A stretch of 64,000 bases of DNA from Octopus bimaculoides (Eukaryota): positions 19,777,751-19,841,750 of the forward strand of contig NC_069004.1 of assembly GCF_001194135.2 (NCBI RefSeq). Reading direction: 5' to 3'. A program made the translations under genes and the position numbers. Positions 62,765 through 64,000 of the stretch are shown one piece after another. Position 1 is the stretch's first letter, and each line of letters starts with the position of its first letter. The notes under the pieces are model-generated. The model did no database searches and was not told the DNA's origin. It was given only the letters and a program-made list of their open reading frames with translations.

Positions 62765-63692
62765 TTGGGTCATCCCATATATAATATGGTTTTTTTCAAT
62801 TGCTTAAACTAAAAGTCAGAGGGGACAGGATAAACTACCTGCATCAACTTGCTATAAAAGCAGGTAGTAATTTGACCTTGACCTTATTCTTAGTGCAAGT
62901 TTTGAAGAGTGCAGTTTGATTTTAACAGTTATTTTTTCAGTGCTATAATAGAAGTGAGAAAGGAGCATATTCGGCATGTTTTGCTTTATGAGTTCAATAA
63001 AGGCAACAACACAATGGAAAGTGCGAGGAATATTAATGTAGTATATGGGGATCAGACAATAAGCATAAGCCAGTCTCAATGGTAGTTCCAGAAATTCCGA
63101 ACTGGAAACTACAGCCTAGAAGATGAGCCTCGTCCTGGAAGATCTGTAGAGCTTGACGAGGATGTCCTGCAAACCCTGGTGGAACAAAATCCCATCGTAA
63201 CTGTTGAAGGACTAGCAGAGAAGCTTGGATTTGATCATTTAATCATTCATCAACACCTGCATGCTGTCGGAAAAGTCAGCAAATTAGGTCAATGGTTTCC
63301 TCACAAACTTTCTGAGTCTAATTATGCAGGGAGTGAATGTGTGCCCTTCTTTGCTGCCACATCTCATGAATGAACTCTTTTTTGGACTGAATAGTGACTG
63401 ATGACAAGAAATGGGTTCTCTATAAAAATGTCAAACACCAAAGACAGTGGGTAGAGAAAGGAGAAACACTGGCACCTCAGACTAAAGAAGGTCTTCACCC
63501 ACGTAAGGTGTTGTTATCTGTTTGGTAGGATATGAGGAGTTTAGTCCACTTTAAACTTTTAAACCCAAACCAAACAATAACAAAGGAGATCTACTGCGAG
63601 TAGCTTGAGTGGCTTAAGTCAGTGCTAGAAAGAAAATGACCATCTTTGGTTTCAAGACGAAAGATGTTTTTCCATCAGGATATACAGCCACA
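62765..63692 (+). mobile_element. Mariner transposon relic, interrupted by a SINE
   Basis: TA|TTGGGTCATCCC start; HIRHVLLYEF, LEDEPRPGRS, SKLGQWFPHKL, IVTDDKKW, LHPRKVLLSVW, FFHQD. Confidence 0.9.
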
Positions 63693-64000
63693 TACATACG
63701 TCTCCTTCATTGGACATGAAACTCAGCTTGCGAAGACTTATTGGGGCAAGCGAAAGCAAAATCGGGATGGCACCTGTGCCCAGCGTCGCCTTTCTGGCAC
63801 TTGTGCCCGTGGCATATGTAAGGACTTTCGAGCGAGATCGTTGCCAGTGTCCCTGGACTGGCTCTTGTGCGGGTGGCATATAAAATACACCATTTTGAGC
63901 GTGGCCGTTGCCAGTATCGCCTGACTGGCCTTCGTGCCGGTGACACGTAAAAGCACCTACTACACTCTCGGAGTGGTTGGCGTTAGGAAGGGCATCCAGC
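63691..64000 (+). mobile_element. SINE with RTE-like tail, cut by window end
   Basis: Same head and body as 3929-4466. Confidence 0.82.

Overview
AT-rich, repeat-dense eukaryotic scaffold with N gaps at 5093-5866, 28462-29359, 32700-32799, 42092-42244, 43782-43791, 45202-45376, 48577-48586 and 61038-61129. The SINE families and microsatellite load point to an octopod cephalopod (inference, no search run). Two host genes lie on the + strand. The first is the 3' part of REV3L (DNA polymerase zeta catalytic subunit), with 16 visible GT-AG coding exons from 2452 to the stop at 31912; one further frame-restoring exon probably lies in the 5093-5866 gap. The second is the 5' part of MRE11 (ATG 56377), whose whole nuclease domain sits in one ~1.04-kb exon, followed by a second exon at 58916-59012. 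The remainder is mostly mobile DNA: several tRNA-derived or RTE-tailed SINE families, RTE, Hero-like and Penelope-like retroelement relics, a decayed Ty3/gypsy provirus with LTRs, PBS and TSD, mariner and CMC/Chapaev-type transposase relics, hAT and Tc1 MITEs, and Helitron-type elements. The most unusual observations are: a Merlin-type MITE whose arms end in head-to-head TTAGGG/CCCTAA repeats, nested with a second Merlin derivative in a Helitron just upstream of the putative MRE11 promoter; a candidate type I hammerhead ribozyme among Penelope relics; two near-perfect long hairpins behind a shared motif; and the 5'-biased lack of introns in MRE11. Protein and repeat family names rest on motif recognition from memory, not on database searches.
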